Below, one piece after another: positions 10,508 to 19,994 of a DNA stretch of 64,000 nucleotides. Origin of the DNA: an uncultured Pelagibacteraceae bacterium (GTDB lineage: Bacteria; Pseudomonadota; Alphaproteobacteria; Pelagibacterales; Pelagibacteraceae); the NCBI GenBank assembly GCA_902622955.1, contig CACNRP010000001.1, forward strand, positions 33,543 to 97,542, read 5' to 3'. The position numbers and the translations under genes are program-made. The notes below the pieces were generated by a model. That model did no database searches, was not told the DNA's origin, and saw nothing but the letters and a program-made list of their open reading frames with translations. Position 1 is the first letter of the stretch. Every line of letters begins with the position of its first letter.

Positions 10508-11062
10508 TTATATAAGTAAATACTCAAAATTTTGTGTATTTTCATTTATTTGTAATAACTTAGCTCCATTTCTCTCATGAAAATTAGTTGCCATTTCTGT
10601 AAGTGGGGAGAGGGTTACTAGTCTATTTAAATGATTAGATTTCTTAATTTTTTTAAACACTTCTTTAACAATCAACTTTCCACCACCTTTTTTCTTTGAC
10701 CAAACGGTATAAGCAATTGCAATTTGACCACCAGATTGATCTCTCATAGCAGTTTGTAAAAAGGCATCAGTGCTTAATTTTTCTAGCTCTTCTACACTTT
10801 TTGGAATTTTATTTGTATAAGCAAAACACATAACTGCATGAATTTCTCCTTTGTATTCAACACCAAAAATTTTTCTTCCAAATCCTGTTCTGAACTTGTT
10901 ATCTAACTCAGGTCTTACAGGATCTTCATCTGTATTACATTCTTTAAGCTCAACTAGTTTTGCACCTTTAACCCACCCAAAAAAATTATCAATATTTTTA
11001 CTTAAAACTTGTCTGTTTTTTCTTAGTCTAGCTTTAATTCTTGGATTAAATTTTTTTTTCAT
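10508..11062 (-). CDS. Hypothetical protein, possible GNAT-like fold
   Basis: 184-aa ORF with IAYTVWSKKKGGGKLIV and VTLSPLTEMATNFHERNGA. Confidence 0.65.
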   Translation of the reverse strand: MKKKFNPRIKARLRKNRQVLSKNIDNFFGWVKGAKLVELKECNTDEDPVRPELDNKFRTGFGRKIFGVEYKGEIHAVMCFAYTNKIPKSVEELEKLSTDAFLQTAMRDQSGGQIAIAYTVWSKKKGGGKLIVKEVFKKIKKSNHLNRLVTLSPLTEMATNFHERNGAKLLQINENTQNFEYLLI

Positions 11063-11113
11063 AATTTAAATTATATCTAAACATTTATTTAAAATTTGGC
11101 ATGTGTAAAAAAA

Positions 11114-11860
11114 TCATATTAAATAATCATACAAAAGCTTTGTACTTGTTACGAAAATTAGGGCATATATAAAATTGTAAAACAATTTTTCATTAATAAT
11201 TTTAATTAACTTATAGCCTATTAATATTCCTAATAAAGCTACTGGAAATAATATTGCCGAATGCTTAAAAGATTCGAGATTGGTCATTGATAAATTAATA
11301 TATAGAGGAAGTTTAATTAAATTTATAAAACTGAAAAAAAATATTCTTGTACCAACATAGATTTCTTTTTTCATTCTCAGTGGGAGCAAATAAAGACTTA
11401 CTGGAGTTCCTCCAGCATGAACACAGAAACTTGTAAATCCTGCAACTAATGAACATGTACCACCTTTTAAAAAATTTTTCTCTGATTTTTTTTCTTTATT
11501 TTTTTTTAAAAAAAAATAATGACCTGCAAATAAAAATCCCATTACTCCAATTATAAATTTTAATAATTCCTCTGAAAAATACGAAAAAGTTAAAGAACCC
11601 ACAATTATACCAATGGCAGCAAAAGGAACCATTAATTTTAAAGTTCCTAAATCAAATTCTTTTCTATATTTATAAACAGCAATAAAATCTGAAAATATTA
11701 AAATCGGTAGAATAATTCCTAAGGCTTGGTTTAATGGCATCACTATTGTCATTAAAGGAACAGATATTAATGTCATTGAACCACCTAAACCTGATTTTGC
11801 AATTCCATATAAAATTATGGCTGGAACAACTGTGAAAAAAAATAATAAGTTTATTTCCAT
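11114..11860 (-). CDS. Sulfite exporter TauE/SafE (TSUP) family protein
   Basis: GIAKSGLGG, AGFTSFCVHAGGTP, about 8 TMs. Confidence 0.88.
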   Translation of the reverse strand: MEINLLFFFTVVPAIILYGIAKSGLGGSMTLISVPLMTIVMPLNQALGIILPILIFSDFIAVYKYRKEFDLGTLKLMVPFAAIGIIVGSLTFSYFSEELLKFIIGVMGFLFAGHYFFLKKNKEKKSEKNFLKGGTCSLVAGFTSFCVHAGGTPVSLYLLPLRMKKEIYVGTRIFFFSFINLIKLPLYINLSMTNLESFKHSAILFPVALLGILIGYKLIKIINEKLFYNFIYALIFVTSTKLLYDYLI

Positions 11861-11888
11861 TTATTTAATGAATTTAATAATCTAGATC

Positions 11889-12053
11889 CTAGTAATTAAG
11901 GAGCAAAAGAATAATTGCTATTATTACAATAATTGAACTTACAACAATATAATTAAGCTTTATATTGAATTTTTTTTCTACAATCTCAGTGATTTTTTCC
12001 CAAAATAAAACGATCAAAAAAATGATAACTGCTGGTAAAATATACTTAATCAT
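11889..12053 (-). CDS. Small 54-aa two-TM membrane protein (not in ORF track)
   Basis: Manual translation MIKYILPAVIIFLIVLFWEKITEIVEKKFNIKLNYIVVSSIIVIIAIILLLLNY*; fills the gap between two co-oriented genes. Confidence 0.6.
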   Translation of the reverse strand: MIKYILPAVIIFLIVLFWEKITEIVEKKFNIKLNYIVVSSIIVIIAIILLLLNY

Positions 12054-12058
12054 TTTGT

Positions 12059-13753
12059 TTAGTTATTATCATTAACATATACAGAAACCCCTCTTGTATT
12101 AATATCAACATCAAATTTCTTATGTAACGGTGGAAATGCTCTCTGAGAACAATCTAACCTGTCACAGGTTCTGCATGATACACCGATTGGTATTTCTGTT
12201 TTTTTATCTGAAATATCAAGGTTTTCAGTATAAACAAACTCTTTTGCATATTTAGCCTCGCATCCAAGTCCAATTGATAAAATACTTTTTGATTGTCCAA
12301 ATCTACCCACGCCTTTTTCTACTGTCCTTGCAATACATACGTATTTTTCCCCGTTAGTCATTTTACTCACGGCCGCTTGAATAACCCCTGGTCTTGTAAA
12401 TGCAGAATAGACATTCCATCTTGGACAGGCTCCTCCATAACGTGGAATTTCAATACCTGATAAGGAAAATCTCTTTGAAATATTGCCTGCAATATCGGTT
12501 CTCAACATATGGAATGGAATACCTGGTAATTTAGGATCTTGTAAACACGTTACTCTATGAGCTACCTGTTCAAAAGAAGTAGCAAAAGTGTTCTGTAAAA
12601 GCTCTAAATCATATTTCAATTTTTTACATTCATTATGAAATAGTTTATAAGGCATTAAGATTGCTGCCCCACAATAATTTAAAAGTGCTACTTGAGTTAA
12701 ACGCTTAGATTCCTCAGATGGAAAGTTAAAATTTGATAAATATTCTATGATGATATCTATTGCTCCCTCTTGCGCAATTTGTGCAGCTGCATGTAATTTT
12801 TTGGTTTCTAAAGAGTTATAGTCACTTAAAAGAAGTTCTTTTTTAGATTTATTAAATATTTTTGAAAATGGTTTACCCTCCTCAGGAATTACATCTTTTA
12901 CAATTATTGAATATTCTTGGTTTAAATATTCACAAAGAGCGATATATCTTGTTCTATTATTTTTTTGAACTTTATCAAATATTTTATTTGCAAACTCTTC
13001 TAATTTTGGAAAATAATTTTTATTTTCTTGAAGAAAATCTGAAATTACCTCTCCTGGAAAAGCTGCCTTTCTACTATCGATTATTTTACCAGAAATATTT
13101 TCAACCTTGCTAACTATTTCGTGATCTTTTTGCTTAAAGTTATCTCCTAATTTTATTAATGCTCTTGCTATTTTAGGATTTGTACTTACTAAATCTTTTA
13201 CTTCAGGTCCCAGTATATCTAAATCTTCAAATAATTCATCATCTAAAAGTTCAGAAATATTATTTTCTAAATTTATATCACTTTTGCTTGTTAAGTCTGA
13301 TAGCTCTACTCTTAATTCTTTACTTATTTTGATTAATAATTCACCATCAATATTTCTTTTTCCACCCTCTATTAAATTTAAATATGTAGGGGATATTCCT
13401 ATTTGTTCAGCAAATTTATTTGCTTGCAAACCTAATTGTCTTCTAAACGCTTTTATTTTTGGGCCAATTTTTAAATTTAATTTATTAATATTTTTACCCT
13501 TAGAAAATTTAGAAATTGCTTTTTTTGAATTGTCTAAAAAAATAGGTTTATCTGTTTTTAAATCTGCAATTTCAATTCTCAATTCCTCACAAATTTTTAA
13601 CAACAAGTTTGCATCAATACTTCTTTTTCCACTTTCAATTAAATTTAAATAACTTGGAGAAATCAACAATTGTTCAGCTAACTTGTTGGCTTGAAGTCCA
13701 AGTTGTTTTCTAAACTTTTTTATATTTGCTCCGATGTGGCTGTTTATCTGCAT
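12059..13753 (-). CDS. ramB: Short-chain fatty acyl-CoA regulator (ScfR/RamB/PrpR family) with tandem XRE HTH domains
   Basis: Two XRE HTHs (ISPSYLNLIE and ISPTYLNLIE), SFEQVAHR, DIAGNISKRFS, GGACPRWNV, C-terminal CRTCDRLDCSQRAFP; divergent from aceA. Confidence 0.88.
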   Translation of the reverse strand: MQINSHIGANIKKFRKQLGLQANKLAEQLLISPSYLNLIESGKRSIDANLLLKICEELRIEIADLKTDKPIFLDNSKKAISKFSKGKNINKLNLKIGPKIKAFRRQLGLQANKFAEQIGISPTYLNLIEGGKRNIDGELLIKISKELRVELSDLTSKSDINLENNISELLDDELFEDLDILGPEVKDLVSTNPKIARALIKLGDNFKQKDHEIVSKVENISGKIIDSRKAAFPGEVISDFLQENKNYFPKLEEFANKIFDKVQKNNRTRYIALCEYLNQEYSIIVKDVIPEEGKPFSKIFNKSKKELLLSDYNSLETKKLHAAAQIAQEGAIDIIIEYLSNFNFPSEESKRLTQVALLNYCGAAILMPYKLFHNECKKLKYDLELLQNTFATSFEQVAHRVTCLQDPKLPGIPFHMLRTDIAGNISKRFSLSGIEIPRYGGACPRWNVYSAFTRPGVIQAAVSKMTNGEKYVCIARTVEKGVGRFGQSKSILSIGLGCEAKYAKEFVYTENLDISDKKTEIPIGVSCRTCDRLDCSQRAFPPLHKKFDVDINTRGVSVYVNDNN

Positions 13754-13764
13754 AATTTAAATAA

Positions 13765-13855
13765 TTTGTAAATTTTGTAAATTTTAATTTACAAAAAATT
13801 AACATAATTTACAAGTAAAATTGCGGTTTTTTATAGATTTTGTAAATCTTGTAAA
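13765..13855. promoter_or_regulatory. Cluster of (T/C)TTGTAAA / TTTACAA boxes, probable RamB/ScfR operators
   Basis: TTTGTAAA at 13765, 13774 and 13839, CTTGTAAA at 13848, TTTACAAA at 13788 and TTTACAAG at 13808, all in the divergent promoter region; resembles the TTTGCAAA boxes of ScfR/PrpR/PccR regulators. Confidence 0.6.
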
Positions 13856-13868
13856 TTATAAGATAAAT

Positions 13869-14030
13869 ATGAATGCAAAACTAAAAAACACTGAAAATGA
13901 GGCTCAAATCATCAAAAAAGAGGATTTAGATCATCATAATAGAAGAGGCATCTATATGAGAGATGATCATTGTGATTGGGGATCTAGTGGAATGAGTGAT
14001 CTTATCGAAAAGTCTAACGATAATAATTAA
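13869..14030 (+). CDS. Small 53-aa protein upstream of aceA
   Basis: ATG at 13869: [53 protein letters not shown]; protein-like composition, higher GC than the flanks. Confidence 0.55.
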   Translation: MNAKLKNTENEAQIIKKEDLDHHNRRGIYMRDDHCDWGSSGMSDLIEKSNDNN

Positions 14031-14080
14031 TTCCCACCACTAAAATCATTTTTTACAAAATTAAAATAAAGGATTACATA

Positions 14081-15355
14081 ATGAGTGCTGAAAATATCTC
14101 ATACGATTTAAAAAGATTTGCAGGGATAAAAAGAGACTATACACCTGAGGAAGTAGAGAGATTAAAAGGTTCTATAAAAATAGAGTACTCTTTATGTAAA
14201 CTACAATCACAAAAATTATGGAAATTGTTAAATACTGAAAATTATATAAATACTCTTGGATCATTATCAGGCAATCAGGCTGTTCAGCATGCTAAAGCTG
14301 GTTTAAAAGCAATATATTTGAGTGGATGGCAAGTTGCAGCTGATGCAAATACTGCTGGAGAAATGTATCCTGATCAATCATTATATCCTTATGATAGTGC
14401 ACCTAAATTAGTTGAGACAATGAATAACTCGTTAGTTAGAGCTGATCAAATTCAACACATGGAAATTCAAGATGGTGAAATGAATAAAGAAAATAAAATT
14501 GACTATATGCTACCAATAATTGCAGATGGTGAAGCAGGTTTTGGTGGACCGCTAAATGTTTTTGAATTAACTAAGAAATTTATTAGAGCAGGTGCTGCTG
14601 GTGTTCATTTTGAAGATCAATTAGCAAGTGAAAAAAAATGTGGCCATATGGGAGGCAAAGTTTTAGTACCAACTGGGACAATGGTTAAAAATTTAAAAGC
14701 TGCAAGACTAGCTGCTGATATAGCTGAAGTTCCATTAATAATATTAGCAAGGACAGATGCTAACGCAGCAAAATTAATTACTAATGATTTTGATGAAAAT
14801 GATAAACCATTCTTGACAGGTGAAAGGTCACCTGAAGGTTTCTTCTATGTAAAAGATGGCATTGAACAAGCTATATCTAGAGGTTTAGCTTACGCTCCGT
14901 ATGCTGATTTAATTTGGTGCGAAACTGCAACTCCAAACTTAGCTGAGGCTAAAAAATTTGCTGATGCTATACACAAAAAATTTCCTGGAAAACTTCTAGC
15001 CTATAATTGCTCTCCTTCGTTCAATTGGAAAAAACATTTAAATGATGATGAAATAGCATCTTTCCAGCAAGAAATTGCAAAAATGGGTTATAAATTTCAA
15101 TTTATTACTCTTGCAGGATTTCATACACAGAATATTGCTATATTTGAACTTGCTGAAAAATACAAAAAAGAAGGTATGGCAGCATATTCTAGAATTCAAC
15201 AACAAGAATTCTCTCGAGAAAAAGACGGTTACACGAGTGTTAAACATCAAAGAGAAGTTGGAACATCATATTTCGATGCAGTATCTAACACTATTAGCAG
15301 TGGACAAAGTTCTACAACTGCAATGTCAGGTTCAACAGAGTCAGAACAATTTTAA
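14081..15355 (+). CDS. aceA: Isocitrate lyase
   Basis: [27 protein letters not shown], catalytic [19 protein letters not shown]; SD AAGGA. Confidence 0.98.
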   Translation: MSAENISYDLKRFAGIKRDYTPEEVERLKGSIKIEYSLCKLQSQKLWKLLNTENYINTLGSLSGNQAVQHAKAGLKAIYLSGWQVAADANTAGEMYPDQSLYPYDSAPKLVETMNNSLVRADQIQHMEIQDGEMNKENKIDYMLPIIADGEAGFGGPLNVFELTKKFIRAGAAGVHFEDQLASEKKCGHMGGKVLVPTGTMVKNLKAARLAADIAEVPLIILARTDANAAKLITNDFDENDKPFLTGERSPEGFFYVKDGIEQAISRGLAYAPYADLIWCETATPNLAEAKKFADAIHKKFPGKLLAYNCSPSFNWKKHLNDDEIASFQQEIAKMGYKFQFITLAGFHTQNIAIFELAEKYKKEGMAAYSRIQQQEFSREKDGYTSVKHQREVGTSYFDAVSNTISSGQSSTTAMSGSTESEQF

Positions 15356-15379
15356 AAAATATATCCCTCTCCATTTTTT

Positions 15380-15404
15380 ATAGCCCTTAATTGGGCTATT
15401 TTTA
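15380..15404. terminator. Intrinsic terminator hairpin between convergent aceA and ABC permease
   Basis: ATAGCCC-ttaatt-GGGCTAT followed by a T-run. Confidence 0.6.
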
Positions 15405-15406
15405 AA

Positions 15407-16174
15407 CTAAGCCTTAATATTGTATCCTCTCTTTAGAAGATTTGTCACAAGTAAAATACAAATTACTAGAAATGAAAACATTATCCCGACACTTGTCCAG
15501 ATATTAAAATCAGAAACGCCATAAAACGAATATCTAAGACCATTAATTAGATAAACTACAGGATTAAAATAAGTAACAATTTGCCAAAACTCAGGCAACA
15601 TATCTAATGAATATAAACTACCACCCAAAAATACCATTGGTGTTATTACTAAAGATGGGATTATGGACATTTGCTCAAAATTTGAGCTCATCAAACCTAT
15701 TAAAAATCCAAAAAGGGCAAAAGTAAAAGATACAAGAACTAATAAAAATATCATTAAGACTGGATATTTTACCTCTACTTCAACAAAAAATGTTGCTGTT
15801 ATAAAAATCATAACACCAACTATCAACGTCTTAGTCGCACCTGCTCCAACAAATGCAAGCACTATTTCTAGTGTTGAAATTGGAGCTGCAAGAATTTCAT
15901 AAATTGTTCCATTAAACTTAGGAAAAAAAATACCAAAAGATGTATTGCTTATTGATTGTGTTAGTAGGGTTAACATTAAAAGCCCAGGAACTATGTATGA
16001 GCCATAACTAATTCCATCTATTTTTTGAACATACCCTCCAATTACTGATCCAAACACGATAAAATAAAGTGAAGTAGATAGGACCGGTGATAATAACGAT
16101 TGAGCCAAAGTTCTTCTAAAACGATCCATTTCATGAAGATAGATTGCTTTTAAAGCAATAGAATTAAATTTCAT
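15407..16174 (-). CDS. ABC-2 type permease (YadH-like)
   Basis: [44 protein letters not shown]. Confidence 0.9.
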   Translation of the reverse strand: MKFNSIALKAIYLHEMDRFRRTLAQSLLSPVLSTSLYFIVFGSVIGGYVQKIDGISYGSYIVPGLLMLTLLTQSISNTSFGIFFPKFNGTIYEILAAPISTLEIVLAFVGAGATKTLIVGVMIFITATFFVEVEVKYPVLMIFLLVLVSFTFALFGFLIGLMSSNFEQMSIIPSLVITPMVFLGGSLYSLDMLPEFWQIVTYFNPVVYLINGLRYSFYGVSDFNIWTSVGIMFSFLVICILLVTNLLKRGYNIKA

Positions 16175-17099
16175 TATTTTCCTTTACTAATGAAACAAAA
16201 ATTTTTTCTAAATTACTTTGCTCAGTTTTTAAATCTCTTAATTTTAAACCAGAATCTTTCATATCTTGCAAAAGATTAGTGATACCTGTTTGCTTCTCTC
16301 TTAAGTCATATTTATAATTAAGAGAAATATTATTATCTCCCAAAGTTAGGTTATATTTATCTAATTTTTCAGGAATTTTTTTAATTTCTTCCTGTAACTC
16401 AACTGTTAATATTTTATTACCCATTTTTTTTAACAATTCTTTTTTTTGTTCGACAATTATAATTTCACCTTGATTAATAACTCCTACTCTGTCTGCAATT
16501 GCCTCAGCTTCCTCAATATAATGGGTAGTTAAAATAATTGTAACACCTGTTCCTCTTAAATCTTCTACTACTTTCCACATTTCTTTTCTCAATTCAACAT
16601 CTACTCCTGCTGTTGGTTCGTCAAGAAACAGAATAGAGGGCTCATGTGATAATGCTTTAGCAATAAGAACTCTTCTTTTCATGCCACCAGATAATTGTCT
16701 TAAACCTAAATCCTTTTTATCCCAAAGGCTTAACTGTTTTAAAATCTTCTGAATATACAATGGGTCAGGTTTTTTTCCGTAAAGACCTCTAGAATAAGAA
16801 ACATTATTAAATACTGTTTCAAATTGCTCTAACGTTAGTTCTTGTGGAACTAAACCTATTCTTGATCGTGTTTCCCTGTAATCATTGATAATATCAAAAT
16901 TTTCAACTAAAACTTTTCCTGATGACGGCTTTACAATTCCACAAATAATACTAATTAAGGTTGTCTTACCTGCACCATTTGGTCCAAGCATCGCAAAGAT
17001 TTCACCTTTTTTTATGTCTAAGTTAATATTTTTAAGCGCCTCAAATCCATTATCATATATTTTAGATAAATTGTTAATACTTATTAGATTGTCAGACAT
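16164..17099 (-). CDS. ABC transporter ATP-binding protein (YadG-like)
   Basis: [25 protein letters not shown]. Confidence 0.92.
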   Translation of the reverse strand: MSDNLISINNLSKIYDNGFEALKNINLDIKKGEIFAMLGPNGAGKTTLISIICGIVKPSSGKVLVENFDIINDYRETRSRIGLVPQELTLEQFETVFNNVSYSRGLYGKKPDPLYIQKILKQLSLWDKKDLGLRQLSGGMKRRVLIAKALSHEPSILFLDEPTAGVDVELRKEMWKVVEDLRGTGVTIILTTHYIEEAEAIADRVGVINQGEIIIVEQKKELLKKMGNKILTVELQEEIKKIPEKLDKYNLTLGDNNISLNYKYDLREKQTGITNLLQDMKDSGLKLRDLKTEQSNLEKIFVSLVKENNEI

Positions 17100-17171
17100 T
17101 ATAGATATTACGTATATAGAGACAATTTAGTAGATTACAATGAATATAAATTATCGTAAAAACCTATTATC

Positions 17172-17546
17172 ATGAAAAAAATTTTAACTTTCGTATTTTG
17201 TATATTTATTATTAGTTTAAATGCTGTAGCAAAAGAAACGACTTATAATAAAGTAGATTTTGATAAAGCTCTATCAGATGGAAAAGTTGTAGTGGTTAGC
17301 TCTTGGATTAAGTATTGCACATCATGTGCAAGCCAAATGAAAGTTTTAAAAAAAGCAAAAAATGATTTTGATAATGTTGAATATTTTGCATTTGATGTAA
17401 CAAATAAAGAAATTGCTAAATTTTTTAACATTCAATATCAAACAACACTTTTGATTTTTAAGAATAATAAAGAAGTTTATAGAAGTATTGGTGAGACCAC
17501 CAAAGAACTCATTTATGATGCTTTAAAATCCTCCATTGAATCTTAA
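17172..17546 (+). CDS. Exported thioredoxin-family protein
   Basis: Signal peptide, WIKYCTSC CxxC motif, thioredoxin-like C-terminal half. Confidence 0.8.
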   Translation: MKKILTFVFCIFIISLNAVAKETTYNKVDFDKALSDGKVVVVSSWIKYCTSCASQMKVLKKAKNDFDNVEYFAFDVTNKEIAKFFNIQYQTTLLIFKNNKEVYRSIGETTKELIYDALKSSIES

Positions 17547-18983
17547 TTATTTTTTTATTTTTAAAATTATTGCAGGTAAAAAAGTTGCAATAAGAAAAGA
17601 CAAAAATAATAAAGATTGAGTTATAAAAGTTGAAAATAAATCTTTAGAAAAAAAAACCCCCACTAATAAACTTTTGGAAAAATCTGGGAATGGAAACATT
17701 AAACATCCTGCAACTAAGCCAACTATAATTGAAATATAAGCAGTTTTTTCATTTACTTTATTATAAAAGCTATAAAAAACAGTCACTACAAATGCACAAC
17801 AAAATAAATCTGCAAGTAAGAATAAATATAAAATATCAAATCCCTTTGAGGCAACACCAAAAGCTATTACAGATAAAATTAAAATGAAATAATTAGATAT
17901 TTTTAGATAATCAGTTTTTTTATCTAAGTTAAAAGTTGCTTTGCCATCAACTATAAATAAACTTGAAATAGCATTAACTAAAGTGTCCACAGTTGAAATA
18001 GTTAATGCAAGTCCAAGAATAATGATCAATAAAGATAAAATTTCTGTTTGATCTTTTAATAATAAGTTAAAAAAACCTAAATCAGGTCTAACAGACGGAT
18101 CAATTGAAAATGAAACCATTCCAATAAAACCCATTAAAAAAACAATTGGAACAATAATAAAGAATGAAATTACCAAACTACTTTTTAATGTTTGATAATC
18201 TTTTGCAGCATATACTCTTTGCCAATTTCCTTGATGAAATAAATTTGTTGCCGCAACTGCTATAAAGAAAGTTAATCCAGCTGTATATCCTGGAATATAA
18301 TTTGAACTTAATAGTTGAGGATTCTTCTCATTAATTAAAGAGAAAGAAAAATTATTTCCTGAAGATGAACTAATAATTGAAATCAAAATAAACAACAAAA
18401 GACTAATTACTATCATTTGAATATTATCAGTAAATATGGATGCCCTTAATCCCCCATAAAGAGTATAACTTAAAGTAGCTACCAAAACTATTAATGCAGT
18501 AATCCACAATTCTGTTCCAGATATATAATTGATTAACACAGCAACCGCAGTTACTTCCGCACAAAGAAAAATGAACATATAAAAGATTGTCATTAACAAA
18601 ATTAACTTAAATAGACTTTTTCCAAATTTCTTTCTCATAAACTCAACTAAAGAAGATCCTTTTGGAAACTCATTTCTAATTTTTTTTCCAAAATAAATTA
18701 AGAAAATCATTGGAAATGCTGTGCCTAATGCATAACCAATAACTGCACCTACTCCGCCCCACGTTGCAGCAGCAACAGGACCAAATAAAATCCAAGCTCC
18801 TAAAGCTGATGCTACAAGACTTGTTGTAAGTGAAAATAAACCAATGTTTCTATTTGCTGTTAAATAATTATTAATTCCTTTAAATTTTTTAGAATGAATA
18901 ATTCCTAAAAAAGCAAATATTAAACTAATAAAGATTACTAATATTAATGATGTTGATTGAGTTAAGAAATATATTTTATCCAT
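17547..18983 (-). CDS. thiV: Sodium:solute symporter, probable thiamine-precursor (HMP) transporter ThiV
   Basis: SSS motifs (YTLYGGLRASIFTD, WQRVYAA, STVDT) plus a TPP-type riboswitch immediately upstream. Confidence 0.75.
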   Translation of the reverse strand: MDKIYFLTQSTSLILVIFISLIFAFLGIIHSKKFKGINNYLTANRNIGLFSLTTSLVASALGAWILFGPVAAATWGGVGAVIGYALGTAFPMIFLIYFGKKIRNEFPKGSSLVEFMRKKFGKSLFKLILLMTIFYMFIFLCAEVTAVAVLINYISGTELWITALIVLVATLSYTLYGGLRASIFTDNIQMIVISLLLFILISIISSSSGNNFSFSLINEKNPQLLSSNYIPGYTAGLTFFIAVAATNLFHQGNWQRVYAAKDYQTLKSSLVISFFIIVPIVFLMGFIGMVSFSIDPSVRPDLGFFNLLLKDQTEILSLLIIILGLALTISTVDTLVNAISSLFIVDGKATFNLDKKTDYLKISNYFILILSVIAFGVASKGFDILYLFLLADLFCCAFVVTVFYSFYNKVNEKTAYISIIVGLVAGCLMFPFPDFSKSLLVGVFFSKDLFSTFITQSLLFLSFLIATFLPAIILKIKK

Positions 18984-18985
18984 TT

Positions 18986-19057
18986 TATCCCTTTCTGAAT
19001 TACCGGACAGGTTCTTAGGGTATGATCTCAGTCTGTTAAGACACCCCTTTTAGTAAT
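18986..19057 (-). ncRNA. TPP (THI-box) riboswitch, atypical P4/P5 arm
   Basis: Minus strand reads AAAAGGGGUGUC-UUAACA-GACUGAGAUCAUACCCUAAGAACCUGUCCGGUAAUUCAGAAAGGGA-UAAA-AUG, containing the GGGGUG, CUGAGA, AUACCC, AACCUG, UAAU and AGGGA hallmarks; TATAAT at 19069-19064. Confidence 0.8.
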
Positions 19058-19109
19058 CTTTACATTATATTAATCATTATAGCTAGTGATTTAAATTTTA
19101 TAATTTTAT

Positions 19110-19403
19110 TTATTTTTGACTCTTATGATTCATTATTTCAATCATACATTGAGTAGCGTACTCTCTCCACTCAGATGATGTTTTTTTCTTTAAGCTATTC
19201 AAATGATTTCTATTACTTTGAATATCATCTTTATGCTTTAATTTGTCCGCTCCATTTAAGTTTTTCTCCATTTCAGACAAATTAGTTTCCATTGCTTTTA
19301 TCCACTCGTTTCCAAGATCAACACATTTTTGATCATCTTTTTCATCACAAATTTGTTTAAAAAAATTAAAGATTACATCATCAGTATTTACTGAGGTATT
19401 CAT
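19110..19403 (-). CDS. Hypothetical protein (97 aa, helical)
   Basis: Clean ORF directly downstream of the pentapeptide gene. Confidence 0.7.
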   Translation of the reverse strand: MNTSVNTDDVIFNFFKQICDEKDDQKCVDLGNEWIKAMETNLSEMEKNLNGADKLKHKDDIQSNRNHLNSLKKKTSSEWREYATQCMIEIMNHKSQK

Positions 19404-19406
19404 AAA

Positions 19407-19916
19407 TTATTGTTTACAGGCACCAATTGATTCTGGACCACAAGTTTGACCATTGGTCCAAGTAGCTCCAGTTAAATTAGCTCCATCAAAATTAGCATTT
19501 GTAATGTTAGAAGATGTAAAGTTTGCTTCCATTAAGTTAGAGTTTTGAAAATTTGCTTCAATAAGCGTTGCTCCCATAAAATCAACTCTAGTTAAGTTAG
19601 CTCCAGTAAAGTTGGTTTTTTCAAAATTTGCACCAATAGAAACCGACTCATAAAGGTTAGCCCTTACAAACGTAGACTCTGGAAAAGTCCCAAATGATAG
19701 ATTTGAAGTCATCATAATACTTTTATCAAAATTTACTTGTATAAAACTAGCAAACGAAAGATTTGAATTTGGAAGATAACTTCCTTGTAAATCTTGTGAG
19801 TCTGAAAATCTACAATTTGAATAATCTACACCCTCTGTTAAAGGGTCATCGCATGCTGCATTTGAATTTGTAAAAAATAGTAAGCTTAACAAAGCAAGTA
19901 AGATTATTTTTTTCAT
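19407..19916 (-). CDS. Exported pentapeptide repeat protein
   Basis: Signal peptide from MKKII (ATG 19916); ANL/ANF pentapeptide repeats; Cys pairs at both ends. Confidence 0.88.
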   Translation of the reverse strand: MKKIILLALLSLLFFTNSNAACDDPLTEGVDYSNCRFSDSQDLQGSYLPNSNLSFASFIQVNFDKSIMMTSNLSFGTFPESTFVRANLYESVSIGANFEKTNFTGANLTRVDFMGATLIEANFQNSNLMEANFTSSNITNANFDGANLTGATWTNGQTCGPESIGACKQ

Positions 19917-19994
19917 AGGTAAAGTTAGCAAAAAAAATATGTCAAAACAATGAAGGTTTAAAATTTTAAATTATTAAAAAATATTTATAAAAAC

